Part shown: piece after piece, positions 1 to 8,309 of the stretch
Numbering within the stretch: the first letter of the stretch is position 1
Layout: each line of letters opens with the position of its first letter
Assembly: GCA_037446135.1 (NCBI GenBank)
Contig: JBBIJD010000015.1
Location: forward strand, 1 to 23,207
DNA from: Candidatus Fraserbacteria bacterium
GTDB taxonomy: Bacteria > Bipolaricaulota > Bipolaricaulia > RBG-16-55-9 > JANLFV01
Reading direction: 5' to 3'
Length of the DNA stretch: 23,207 bases
Made by a program: the position numbers and the translations under genes
Notes under the pieces: generated by a model
The model's database searches: none
The model's input: the letters and a program-made list of their open reading frames with translations, nothing else
Told to the model about the DNA's origin: nothing

Positions 1-755
1 AAGAGGGCCCAATCCTTCTTCGGCTTGGCATAGAATTCGGCGTAGTTGACATAGTTCTCCAGATAGTTCCCGTCCAGCTCGATCGACCGCTCAAAATGGG
101 CTCTAGAGCCCTCGAAGTCCCCCCCGAGGAAGGACGGCACTTGAGCGAGGAAGGCGGCCAATGCCCGGTGGGGCCCTCCGCCATCGTAGGTCTCATCCAA
201 TTCGACCGCCCGCTCGAACGCGGCCCGGACATCGAGCGTCCCGCCGGTGAGGGCCGTCATCGCATGGTAATTGAGCCACCTCCCCAGATTATTGCCATAC
301 CAGAAGATCGCCGCCACATCCTTAGCCGAGCTGAGGGCGGCCCGGAAGCTCTCCTTCTCAATCCGACCGAACTCCGGATCGAGCCGGAGGCTCTCCAGGG
401 CATAATCCTTCCCCTTCCCGTAGGCCGGCTCCCGCTCGGCATACTTGGCGATGTAGCCCTCAGCCAGCTCGAAGTAAGCCTGAGCGAGCCGGTCCAGGAC
501 ATGGGCCTTCGTCTGGACCTGGTCAGCGGGGATGAGCGGGAGGGCCGCCTCCCAGAGCTCGATCGCCCTTCGGAGCCTGGCCTCGTAGGCGGCGAAGTCG
601 AACGGCCCGCTCCAGCGGTCGTAGAGCGCGTCGGCCTCGGCGATCAAGGTCAAGGCCTCAGGGTCCTGGGCTTGAGCTTGGGCCAGGCCGCTCTGCAAGA
701 TGAGCAGGGCCGAGAGGATCGCGCAAAGCAAAGGTGGTAGAATCGATCTATTCAT
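1..755 (-). CDS. Secreted TPR-like protein, TRAP-T (TatT) component-like; 3' end runs off the window
   Basis: Not in the ORF track because it has no stop in the window. Hand translation from ATG 755 (alternative 761): MNRSILPPLLCAILSALLILQSGLAQAQAQDPEALTLIAEADALYDRW...AAIFWYGNNLGRW...AFERAVELDETYDGGGPHRALAAFLAQVPSFLGGDFEGSRAHFERSIELDGNYLENYVNYAEFYA. It has a signal peptide with an AQA cleavage site, a GGAGG SD at 766-770, and 'LDETY..G' and 'LGGD...AHFERSIEL' motifs typical of TatT-like helical proteins. Confidence 0.7.
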   Translation of the reverse strand, partial: MNRSILPPLLCAILSALLILQSGLAQAQAQDPEALTLIAEADALYDRWSGPFDFAAYEARLRRAIELWEAALPLIPADQVQTKAHVLDRLAQAYFELAEGYIAKYAEREPAYGKGKDYALESLRLDPEFGRIEKESFRAALSSAKDVAAIFWYGNNLGRWLNYHAMTALTGGTLDVRAAFERAVELDETYDGGGPHRALAAFLAQVPSFLGGDFEGSRAHFERSIELDGNYLENYVNYAEFYAKPKKDWAL

Positions 756-796
756 GACCATCCCTCCTCCGTCTTTCTGGAAAAGGCTCGGGGCTA

Positions 797-825
797 AATC
801 TACCGGATCGGGCCGCCACGGTCAA
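797..825 (-). promoter_or_regulatory. Putative sigma70 promoter for the TPR/TatT-like gene
   Basis: Minus strand TTGACC (825-820), 17 nt spacer, TAGATT (802-797). Confidence 0.55.
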
Positions 826-849
826 GGATTTCCCCTCCCCGGCCGGGGC

Positions 850-876
850 TGCTAATCTTCTCTTCGCTAGGAGGTG
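850..876 (+). promoter_or_regulatory. Putative extended -10 and SD for hpnO
   Basis: TG-C-TAATCT at 850-858; AGGAGGTG at 869-876 upstream of ATG 882. Confidence 0.4.
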
Positions 877-881
877 AGGAG

Positions 882-2270
882 ATGGAGCTAGCTCAGCTCA
901 TCGCGGAGCGCGCACCGGAGACTTATGAGCTCCACCGGAGATACATCAATCCCCTCTTCGCTCGAGTCTTGGAGATCATCGGCTATGACAAGGTCTATAC
1001 CCGGGGCGAGGGGGCCTACCTCTACGACCTCGAGGGGAATAGGTATCTAGACTTCCTCGGAGGTTATGGGGTCTACCATCTCGGGAGGAGCCATCCTGAA
1101 GTCAAGAGAGCCCTGCATGAGCTCCTCGAGCTCGACCGGCCCAACCTGATCCAGATGGACTGCCCCTTGCTCGCGGGGCTCCTGGCCGAGCGGCTGGTGG
1201 AGCGGGCTCGAGCGAGCTTCCCCGGCTTGGACGCCGTCTTCTTCACCAACTCCGGAGCGGAGGCGGTCGAAGGGGCCTTAAAGTTCGCCCGTGGGGCCAC
1301 GGGCCGCGAGCGGTTCTTGTATCTCGAGCACGCCTTCCATGGGCTGACGCTGGGGGCGCTCTCTGTGAATGGGAGTGAACACTTCCGCTCCGGCTTCGGG
1401 AGGCTCCTCCCGGCGACCGCGCTCGCCATGAACGACCTTGAGGGGCTAGAGCGCGAGCTCGCTAAAGGCGATGTCGCGGCCTTCATCGCCGAGCCGATCC
1501 AGGGGAAGGGGGTCTACCTCCCGGCCGACCATTTCTTGCCTGAAGCACAACAGCTCTGCCGGAGGTATGGGGCCCTCTTGATCCTCGACGAGGTCCAGAC
1601 CGGACTGGGGCGGACCGGGCGGTTCTTCTGCGGCGAATACTGGGGGCTCGCCCCGGATATCGTCACGATCTCTAAGGCCCTAAGTGGAGGGTATGTCCCC
1701 GTCGGGGCGATCCTGACTCGGCGGGAGATCCATCGGAAGGTCTTCTCCGGGCTGGAGCGCTCCGTAGTCCACTCCAACACCTTCGGGATGAATGAGCTGG
1801 CGATGGGGGCGGGATTAGCGACCCTGGAGGTCCTGGAGAAGGAGGGCTTGATCGAGCGGGCCGCTCGGCTCGGTGAGCGGTTTCTCATCGGCCTGAGGGC
1901 CCTACAGGAGAAGTATGAGCTGATCAAGGATGTCCGGGGGAAGGGGCTGATGATCGGCCTCGAGTTCGGCCCGCCGCGCTCGTCGCTGGCCCTGGGCCTG
2001 CGCACGGCCTGGGCGGCCCTGGAGAAGGCCCAAGAGGGGCTCTTCGCCCAGATGGTGGTGATGGCTCTAATGCGGGAGCATCGCTTGCTCGCGCAGGTCT
2101 CGGGCCATCGGGTGAACATCATCAAGTTCCTCCCGCCACTGATCATCGGTGAGGAGGAGATCGACTATGCCCTGGAGGCCCTGGACAAGGTCCTGGCCGA
2201 GGCCCATCGCTTCCCCGGAGGCCTATGGAAGCTGAGTGCCGCCTTAGTCAAGGAGGCGCTAGCCCGCTGA
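882..2270 (+). CDS. hpnO: Class III PLP aminotransferase, HpnO-like (aminobacteriohopanetriol synthase family)
   Basis: Motifs YLDFLGGYG, FFTNSGAEAVEGALKFAR, FHGLTLGALS, EPIQGKG, DEVQTG and SKALSGG (PLP lysine). N-terminal 'PNLIQMD..LAGLLAERL' and C-terminal 'W..LE.A..GLF.Q' segments match HpnO-type enzymes as I recall them. Adjacent to hpnA. Confidence 0.78.
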   Translation: MELAQLIAERAPETYELHRRYINPLFARVLEIIGYDKVYTRGEGAYLYDLEGNRYLDFLGGYGVYHLGRSHPEVKRALHELLELDRPNLIQMDCPLLAGLLAERLVERARASFPGLDAVFFTNSGAEAVEGALKFARGATGRERFLYLEHAFHGLTLGALSVNGSEHFRSGFGRLLPATALAMNDLEGLERELAKGDVAAFIAEPIQGKGVYLPADHFLPEAQQLCRRYGALLILDEVQTGLGRTGRFFCGEYWGLAPDIVTISKALSGGYVPVGAILTRREIHRKVFSGLERSVVHSNTFGMNELAMGAGLATLEVLEKEGLIERAARLGERFLIGLRALQEKYELIKDVRGKGLMIGLEFGPPRSSLALGLRTAWAALEKAQEGLFAQMVVMALMREHRLLAQVSGHRVNIIKFLPPLIIGEEEIDYALEALDKVLAEAHRFPGGLWKLSAALVKEALAR

Positions 2271-3263
2271 GCCGCCCCTGACATAGCCGTTCGCTTTGAA
2301 CCACTCCACCGCCTTCCGGAGGGCCTCCTTCGCCGGGCTCTGGGGGAAGCCCAGCTCTCTTACGGCCTTACTCGAATCGTAGAACATATAATGCCTGGAC
2401 ATCCGGATCGTCTCCGGGGTGAGCCGTGGTGTGGTCCCAGTAAGCGCGCAGAAGGCGGCATTCACATATGAGAGCCCTAGAATCGGATAGTAAGGGAGCC
2501 TCACCTTTGGAGCAGGCAGGCCGGTGATCTCCGCGAGGAGGGCTAAGAGCTCCGCCATCGTGAGGTTCTCTCCCCCGAGGATGTAGCACTCGCCGACCCG
2601 GCCCCTCTCGGCCGCGAGGATGTGGCCGAAGGCCACATCCTCGACAGCGACCACATTCATGCCGGTCTCGACATAAGCGGGCATCCTTCGATTGAGAAAA
2701 TCCACGATCACGCGGCCGGTCGGTGTGGGCTTGATATCGTAAGGCCCGACGGGGAAGCTCGGGTTGACGATGACCACCGGCATTTCCCTCGAATACTCGA
2801 GCGCTACCTGCTGGGCCAGATACTTACTCCGCTTATAATCGCTCACGATCGTCTTAGGCTCGACCGGGGTCGTCTCGTCCGCCGGCTCCTTCCCTCGCGG
2901 CAGCCCGAGCGCGGCAACTGAGCTGGTGTAGACTACCCGCTCGACGCCCTTCTCGAAGGCCGCCTGGAGGGCGTTCCGCGTCCCTCCCACATTTATCTCA
3001 TAGATCAGCCTCCGCGGACGGACCCAAAACGAATACAGGGCCGCCCCGTGGAAGAGGAGGGAGCAGCCCTCGAGCGCCCTCCTGATCGAGTCAAGGTCAC
3101 GGACATCGCCCGTGACTAGCTCGATCTCCAGGCCCTCCAAGTTCCGTCGATCAGAGCCGGGCCGGACGAGCGCCCTGACTCGATAATTCTCTTTCAACAA
3201 GGCGCGGACGACATTGGCCCCGATGAACCCCGTCGCCCCGGTCACGAGCGCCTTCATCCCCAT
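2259..3263 (-). CDS. hpnA: NAD-dependent epimerase/dehydratase, hopanoid-associated HpnA family
   Basis: VTGATGFIG Rossmann motif, YTSS, YKRSK catalytic YxxxK, and family-typical 'DIKPTPTGRVIVDFLNRRMPAY.ETG.NVV.VEDVA.GH' and 'YILGGENLT'. Start moved from 3353 to ATG 3263 (or 3257) because of the GGAGG SD there. Overlaps the hpnO 3' end by 12 bp. Confidence 0.82.
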   Translation of the reverse strand: MGMKALVTGATGFIGANVVRALLKENYRVRALVRPGSDRRNLEGLEIELVTGDVRDLDSIRRALEGCSLLFHGAALYSFWVRPRRLIYEINVGGTRNALQAAFEKGVERVVYTSSVAALGLPRGKEPADETTPVEPKTIVSDYKRSKYLAQQVALEYSREMPVVIVNPSFPVGPYDIKPTPTGRVIVDFLNRRMPAYVETGMNVVAVEDVAFGHILAAERGRVGECYILGGENLTMAELLALLAEITGLPAPKVRLPYYPILGLSYVNAAFCALTGTTPRLTPETIRMSRHYMFYDSSKAVRELGFPQSPAKEALRKAVEWFKANGYVRGGSAG

Positions 3264-3323
3264 CTCCTCTCCTCCGTCCGGCGCCAGCCAGTCCCGCCTC
3301 CACCTCTTTGGTATAATCGAGTC

Positions 3324-3382
3324 GGGGACCGGGCCAACCGTTGGAGCCTCCATCCCGAGCCCTCAATGGCCGCCCGGCCCCC
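3324..3382. other. GC-rich long imperfect hairpin in the hpnA leader / MFS-hpnA intergenic region
   Basis: GGGGACCGGGC (3324-3334) pairs with GCCCGGCCCCC (3372-3382); inner stem CCGTTG/CAATGG. Promoter-like hexamers flank it on both strands. Confidence 0.5.
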
Positions 3383-3439
3383 AAACCTGCACTAATCTTA
3401 ACATAGTAGCTTCGGGCCGGACAAGCCCCCTCTGCAGCT

Positions 3440-4750
3440 TCAGCCGAGCGGCCCGCCCTCCCAGACCTCCCGGACCTGCGGAGGGACGGCCTCCCCCTTG
3501 CCCTTGAGGTAGGTCCCGAGCCTCCGGGTGAAGAGGAGCGCGCTCAGGATCGAGCTCGCACCCCCGAGGAGGATCGTCTCCGTCGGGCCGATCAGGCCGG
3601 CCAGCCCGCCGGCGAGGAGCCCACCGAAGGGGAACATCCCCATGAAGGCCATCGTGTAGAGGCTCATGACCCTCCCGCGCTTGTCCTCGGCGACGATCGT
3701 CTGTAGGACGGTATTGCTCGCGGCCGCCTGGGCCGTCATCCCGAAGCCCGCGACCAGGAGCGAGAGGAGCGAGAGCCCGAGGGCCCGGGAGAGGGAGAAG
3801 GCGATCAGGCCGAAGCCGAAGATGGTCGAGGCAAGGGCGATGAACCTCCCCAAGCCGAGGACCCCCCTCCGATAGGCGAGGTAGATCGCGCCCAGGAGGG
3901 CCCCCAGCCCCACGGCCCCCATGAGGAACCCCAGGGTGCTCGGCCCGCCGTGGAGGATCTCCCTGGCGAAGACCGGCATGAGGACGGTGTAAGGCATCCC
4001 CAGTAGGCTGACCACAGCCAGGAGGAGGAGGATCGCCCTGATCGGGGGCGAGCCGAAGGCATAATCGAAGCCCTCGCGTAGCTCTGTCCAGACCCGCGCG
4101 GCCTGGCCCTTCGACTCCCGCGGCTTGACCCGCATGGCCGCCAGGGCCGCGATGACCGGGAGGTAGCTGAGCGCGTTGACCAGGAAGCAGATCCCCTCAC
4201 CGAGGGCCGCGACCAGGACCCCCGCGATCGAGGGGCCGATGAGCCTAGCTCCGTTCACCATCGAGGAGTTGAGCGCGATCGCGTTCCCCAGGTCCGCGCG
4301 GTCCTCGATCATCTCCACCACGAATGCCTGCCGGACGGGCATATCGACGGCATTGATCAGGCCGAGGAAGATCCCCAAGAGGATGATCTGCCAGACAGCG
4401 ATTGCCCCGCTGAGGACGAGAGCGGCCAGGACTCCCGCTTGGAGCGCAGCGAGGCACTGGGTGAGGATGATGATCCTCTGGCGGTTCCCCCAGTCGCTCC
4501 AGACCCCGGCGAATGGGGCGAGGACGAAGGTCGGGAGCTGGGAGACGAAGCTGACCAGCCCCAAGAGGAGCGCGGACCCCGTCAGGCGGTAGACGAGCCA
4601 GCTCAGGGCGATCCGTTGCATCCAGGTCCCGATCAGGGAGATGCTCTGCCCCCCGAAGAAGAGGCGGTAGTTCCGGTGCCGGAGGGCTCGGATCAGCCGC
4701 TTCGGCCCAGTCGGACTTCTGGGGACCGTAGGGACCGCGTGCTCGCCCAT
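3440..4750 (-). CDS. MFS transporter (MFS_3/H+ antiporter-like, ~12 TM)
   Basis: 'ALRHRNYRLFFGGQSISLIGTWMQ', 'GVWSDWGNRQR' motif A, 'DMPVRQAF', 'NAIALNS', 'DKRGRVMSLY', and multiple hydrophobic helices. Confidence 0.92.
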   Translation of the reverse strand: MGEHAVPTVPRSPTGPKRLIRALRHRNYRLFFGGQSISLIGTWMQRIALSWLVYRLTGSALLLGLVSFVSQLPTFVLAPFAGVWSDWGNRQRIIILTQCLAALQAGVLAALVLSGAIAVWQIILLGIFLGLINAVDMPVRQAFVVEMIEDRADLGNAIALNSSMVNGARLIGPSIAGVLVAALGEGICFLVNALSYLPVIAALAAMRVKPRESKGQAARVWTELREGFDYAFGSPPIRAILLLLAVVSLLGMPYTVLMPVFAREILHGGPSTLGFLMGAVGLGALLGAIYLAYRRGVLGLGRFIALASTIFGFGLIAFSLSRALGLSLLSLLVAGFGMTAQAAASNTVLQTIVAEDKRGRVMSLYTMAFMGMFPFGGLLAGGLAGLIGPTETILLGGASSILSALLFTRRLGTYLKGKGEAVPPQVREVWEGGPLG

Positions 4751-4782
4751 CGCTCTTATCTATCTTACCCCTGGAAGGGGGA

Positions 4783-4812
4783 ATTTTAACCCTTGCAGCC
4801 CGTGGGCGTCAA
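4783..4812 (-). promoter_or_regulatory. Putative sigma70 promoter for the MFS gene
   Basis: Minus strand TTGACG (4812-4807), 18 nt spacer, TAAAAT (4788-4783). Confidence 0.5.
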
Positions 4813-4850
4813 TATCAATGGGAGAGGCCGGTGCAGGAAGCACGCGCATC

Positions 4851-4859
4851 TGCTATAAT
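4851..4859 (+). promoter_or_regulatory. Extended -10 promoter of the ior operon
   Basis: TG-C-TATAAT, 9 nt before ATG 4869, with no SD in between. Confidence 0.6.
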
Positions 4860-4868
4860 TTGGCTCCT

Positions 4869-6542
4869 ATGCCCCAGCTTTTGGCAAGGAAGCGACTCCT
4901 CTTGGGGAACGAGGCCCTCGCCTGGGGTGCGCTCGAGGCCGGACTCGGTTTCGCCACCACTTATCCCGGGACGCCGGCCTCGGAGATCGGGGATACGCTC
5001 GCCCGCCTGGCGAATGAGGTCGGGATCTACTTCGAATACTCCGTCAATGAGAAAGTCGCGCTCGAGCTGGCCGCCGCGGCCGCGGCCTCCGGGGTCCGGG
5101 CCCTGGTGGCGATGAAGCATGTCGGGCTGAATGTGGCCGCGGACGCCTTCATCAGCACCCTTTACACCGGGACCAGGGCCGGGCTCTTAGTCGTGACGGC
5201 CGATGACCCATCGATGCATAGCTCCCAGAACGAGCAGGATAACCGCTACTACGCCTACCTCGCCGGTGCGCCGCTTCTGGAGCCTTCCGACCCGAAAGAG
5301 GCCTATGCCATGGCCAAGGCGGCCTTCCCGCTCTCGGAGGAGCTCGATCTCCCGGTCCTGCTCCGGACGACCACTAGGGTCGCCCACACCCGCGCCGGGG
5401 TGGAGGTCGGCGAGCTCCCAAAGCCAAGGGAGAGGAAGGTCCAGGGCCACTTCGCTAAAGACCCTTTCAGGTTCGTGATCGTCCCCTCCGTGGCCCGCCG
5501 GGCCCACAAGCTCCTCCTGGAGCGGCAGAAGCGAGCTGAGGCCCTCTCCGAGAGCTCCCCTTTCAACTCCGTTCTGGGGGAGGGGGAAGAGCTGGGGATC
5601 GTCACCTCCGGGGTCTCCTACGCCTATGTCTGCGATGCCATCGATGAGCTTGGGATCTGGGAGAGAGTGAGGGTCCTGAAATTGGGGATGAGCCATCCCC
5701 TCCCGCGGGGGCTCATCTCCCAATTCCTGAGGGAAGTCCCTCGAGTCTTGGTGGTCGAGGAGCTCGAACCTCTTTTGGAGATGGCCTTGCGGGCCCAGGC
5801 CCAGGAGCTCGGCCTGAAGGTCCAGATCTACGGGAAGGGGGTAGGCGGGCTCTCCCGGCTCTACGAGTATGATCCCGACCGGGTGAGGAGCGCCCTGGCC
5901 CGAGTCTTGAGCTTAGAAGAGAAGGAGGCCGAGCAAGAGCGAGATGAACCATCACCTTGGGAGAGGCTCCCCGACCGCCCGCCGGTCCTCTGTCCCGGCT
6001 GCCCCCACCGCGCGAGCTACTATGCCCTCAAGCTGGCCCTGGGAAAGGAGGCGGAGAACACGATCTTCACCACCGACATCGGCTGCTATACCCTGGGGCT
6101 CCTCCCGCCACTCTCGATGGCCGACCATCTCCTCTGCATGGGCTCGTCCGTGGGGACGGCCGGTGGCTTTGCGAAAGCCACGGACCAGCGGGTGATCGCC
6201 TTCATCGGGGACTCGACCCTCTTCCATGCCGGTCTGCCCGCGATCGTCAATGCCGTCCATCACGGGCATAAGTTTTTGGTGGTGGTCCTGGACAATCGGA
6301 CGACGGCGATGACCGGGCATCAGCCCCATCCCGGGCTGGACTTCTCGGCCTTAGGCCCGGCCGAGCCAGTCCCAATCGAGCGGCTCCTCTCAGGCTGCGG
6401 GGTCCGGAAGATCCATGTCATCGATCCGGAGGACCTCCACGGTGCGCTCCTGGCCTTCCAGGAGGCCCTCAAGGAGAGCGAGAGGGAACTCACGGTCGTG
6501 ATCTCCCGCCACCCTTGTGTCCTCCTCGGCCAGGAGGGCTGA
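4869..6542 (+). CDS. iorA: Indolepyruvate ferredoxin oxidoreductase alpha subunit, lacking the C-terminal ferredoxin domain
   Basis: LLGNEALAWGA, YPGTPASEI, SVNEKVALE, MKHVGLNVAAD, DDPSMHSSQNEQDNR, RPPVLCPGCPHR, DIGCYTL, TPP motif GDSTLFH..LDNRTTAMTGHQPHP; ends at HPCVLL. Start set to ATG 4869, just after the -10 box. Confidence 0.93.
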   Translation: MPQLLARKRLLLGNEALAWGALEAGLGFATTYPGTPASEIGDTLARLANEVGIYFEYSVNEKVALELAAAAAASGVRALVAMKHVGLNVAADAFISTLYTGTRAGLLVVTADDPSMHSSQNEQDNRYYAYLAGAPLLEPSDPKEAYAMAKAAFPLSEELDLPVLLRTTTRVAHTRAGVEVGELPKPRERKVQGHFAKDPFRFVIVPSVARRAHKLLLERQKRAEALSESSPFNSVLGEGEELGIVTSGVSYAYVCDAIDELGIWERVRVLKLGMSHPLPRGLISQFLREVPRVLVVEELEPLLEMALRAQAQELGLKVQIYGKGVGGLSRLYEYDPDRVRSALARVLSLEEKEAEQERDEPSPWERLPDRPPVLCPGCPHRASYYALKLALGKEAENTIFTTDIGCYTLGLLPPLSMADHLLCMGSSVGTAGGFAKATDQRVIAFIGDSTLFHAGLPAIVNAVHHGHKFLVVVLDNRTTAMTGHQPHPGLDFSALGPAEPVPIERLLSGCGVRKIHVIDPEDLHGALLAFQEALKESERELTVVISRHPCVLLGQEG

Positions 6543-6554
6543 CTGAGAGATGAG

Positions 6555-8303
6555 ATGACCATAGTGCGGGTCGATCTTGCGAGGTGCAAGAGCTGCTGGA
6601 ACCGCGAGCCGGGCTTCCACTGCCTCGTCCCGCTCGAGGCCTTGTATGAATCCTTCCGGGCATTCCAGAAGGTCCGGAGCGGCCCGGGAGCGGGAGAGAA
6701 GATGCTCATCCCTCCTTGTGTCGCCGCCTGCCCGGCCAATATCTGCGTCCAAGGGTATATCGGGCTGGTGGCTGCCGGCCTTTATGAAGAGGCCTACCGG
6801 CTGATCCGCTCGAGGGTCCCCTTCCCCCAGACCCTCGGGCTCGTCTGCCCCGCCCCTTGCGAGCAGAGCTGCCTCCGCGGGGACTATGACGAGCCTCTGG
6901 CGATCAATGCCCTGAAGAGGTTCGTCGCGGAACGGGCGACCGCGGAGGTCCGCCGGAGATTCCTCGAGGAGCTGAAGGCCGAGATCGAAGAGAATGGCCT
7001 GAAAGTGGCGGTGGTCGGGGCCGGCCCGGCGGGGCTCACCTGTGCCCATGACCTTCGGCTCCGGGGCTACGCTGTGACGGTCTACGAGGCCCTCGAAAGG
7101 CCCGGAGGGCTCTTGCTCACCGGAATCCCTCCCTATCGGCTCCCCCGCCCGGTCTTGGAGAAGGAGCTCGAAGAGATCTTTGAGCTGGGGATCGCCTTTG
7201 TGGGCGGGGTTAAGGTCGGAGAGGACCTATCTTTCGAGGAGTTAAGGGCCAAAGCGAGCGCCGTCTTCCTCGCTGTGGGGGCCCAGCATGGCTTGAGCTT
7301 GGGCCTCCCCGGAGAGGAGGCTGAAGGGGTCTACGAGGCCCTCCCCTTCCTGAGGGAGGTGAACCTCGGAGGGAGGCCGAAGCTCGGCGCTACCGTCGTG
7401 GTGATCGGCGGCGGGGACGCGGCGATCGATGGGGCGAGGGTCGCGCTCCGCTTGGGGGCGAAGAAGGTCTCGATCTTGTATCGTCGCTCTCGGGCGGAGA
7501 TGCCGGCCCACAAGGCGCAGCTCGCTCAAGCCGAGGCCGAGGGGGTCGAGCTGCTCGAGCTGGTCTCGCCCGTCCGGTTCATCGTCGAGTCTGGGAGGCT
7601 CCGGGCTCTCGAGCTGGTCCGGAACGAGCCGGGCGAGCCGGACGAATCGGGCCGGCGACGGCCGGTCCCGATCCCCGGCTCCGAATTCACCTTCGAGGCC
7701 GAGACCGCGATCTTGGCCCTCGGGCAGCGGCCGGAGCTGGGCCTCCTCCAAAGGTTAGGGGTCGAGCTGAGCGGAGAGGGGGGCCTCCCCCTCCTGGACT
7801 CGAACCTGATGACCTCGATTGAAGGGGTCTTCGCCGGAGGGGACCTCACTACCGGCCCGGGGACGGTCATCGCCGCGATCGCCGCGGGGAAACGGGCCGC
7901 GGCGGGGATCGACCGCTACTTGCGGGGCGAGCGGGCCAAGCCGGTCTACTTCGTCTCCTTGGCCGAGGCCGACCTGGAGCATGTCTATCATCCTTTGGAG
8001 GTTCCCCCTCGCGCCCGGGTCTCGGTCCCCCAGGCCCCGGCCGCCTCGCGGCGGGAGGACTTCCGCCAGGTCGAGCTGGGCCTGAATGAGCAAGAGGCCC
8101 GCGCGGAGGCCCAGAGATGTCTGGCCTGCGGCCTCTGTGCTAATTGCAACGCCTGTCTGGACACATTCGCCTGCCCGGCCCTCGCACTGGACGAGGAGGG
8201 GAGGATCGCCATCGATGAGCTCCTCTGCAACGGCTGCGGGGTCTGTCCCCAGCTCTGCCCGAACGATGCCCTAGTCCGTCCGGCAGGTGGAGGAGGGGCC
8301 TGA
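6555..8303 (+). CDS. GltD/SudA/NfnB-like NAD(P)H-dependent Fe-S flavoprotein with an IorA-type C-terminal 2x[4Fe-4S] ferredoxin domain
   Basis: PPCVAACPANI...GLVCPAPCEQSC (Fe-S domain), KVAVVGAGPAGL (FAD), GIPPYRLP, VVVIGGGDAAID and YRRS (NADPH-type), GVFAGGD, and C-terminal CLACGLCANCNACLDTFACPAL...IDELLCNGCGVCPQLCP. Confidence 0.88.
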   Translation: MTIVRVDLARCKSCWNREPGFHCLVPLEALYESFRAFQKVRSGPGAGEKMLIPPCVAACPANICVQGYIGLVAAGLYEEAYRLIRSRVPFPQTLGLVCPAPCEQSCLRGDYDEPLAINALKRFVAERATAEVRRRFLEELKAEIEENGLKVAVVGAGPAGLTCAHDLRLRGYAVTVYEALERPGGLLLTGIPPYRLPRPVLEKELEEIFELGIAFVGGVKVGEDLSFEELRAKASAVFLAVGAQHGLSLGLPGEEAEGVYEALPFLREVNLGGRPKLGATVVVIGGGDAAIDGARVALRLGAKKVSILYRRSRAEMPAHKAQLAQAEAEGVELLELVSPVRFIVESGRLRALELVRNEPGEPDESGRRRPVPIPGSEFTFEAETAILALGQRPELGLLQRLGVELSGEGGLPLLDSNLMTSIEGVFAGGDLTTGPGTVIAAIAAGKRAAAGIDRYLRGERAKPVYFVSLAEADLEHVYHPLEVPPRARVSVPQAPAASRREDFRQVELGLNEQEARAEAQRCLACGLCANCNACLDTFACPALALDEEGRIAIDELLCNGCGVCPQLCPNDALVRPAGGGGA

Positions 8304-8309
8304 CTGACG

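Noticed and set aside
96..740. 214-aa + strand ORF in the track
   Set aside because: Antisense shadow of the minus-strand TPR/TatT-like gene, which has the signal peptide, SD and promoter.
3324..3385. tRNA, tmRNA, SRP RNA or fluoride riboswitch identity for the hairpin
   Set aside because: Too short and lacks a T-loop or cloverleaf, the G3-U70 pair, the SRP GGAA/AGCAG motif, and the pseudoknot partner of the fluoride riboswitch.
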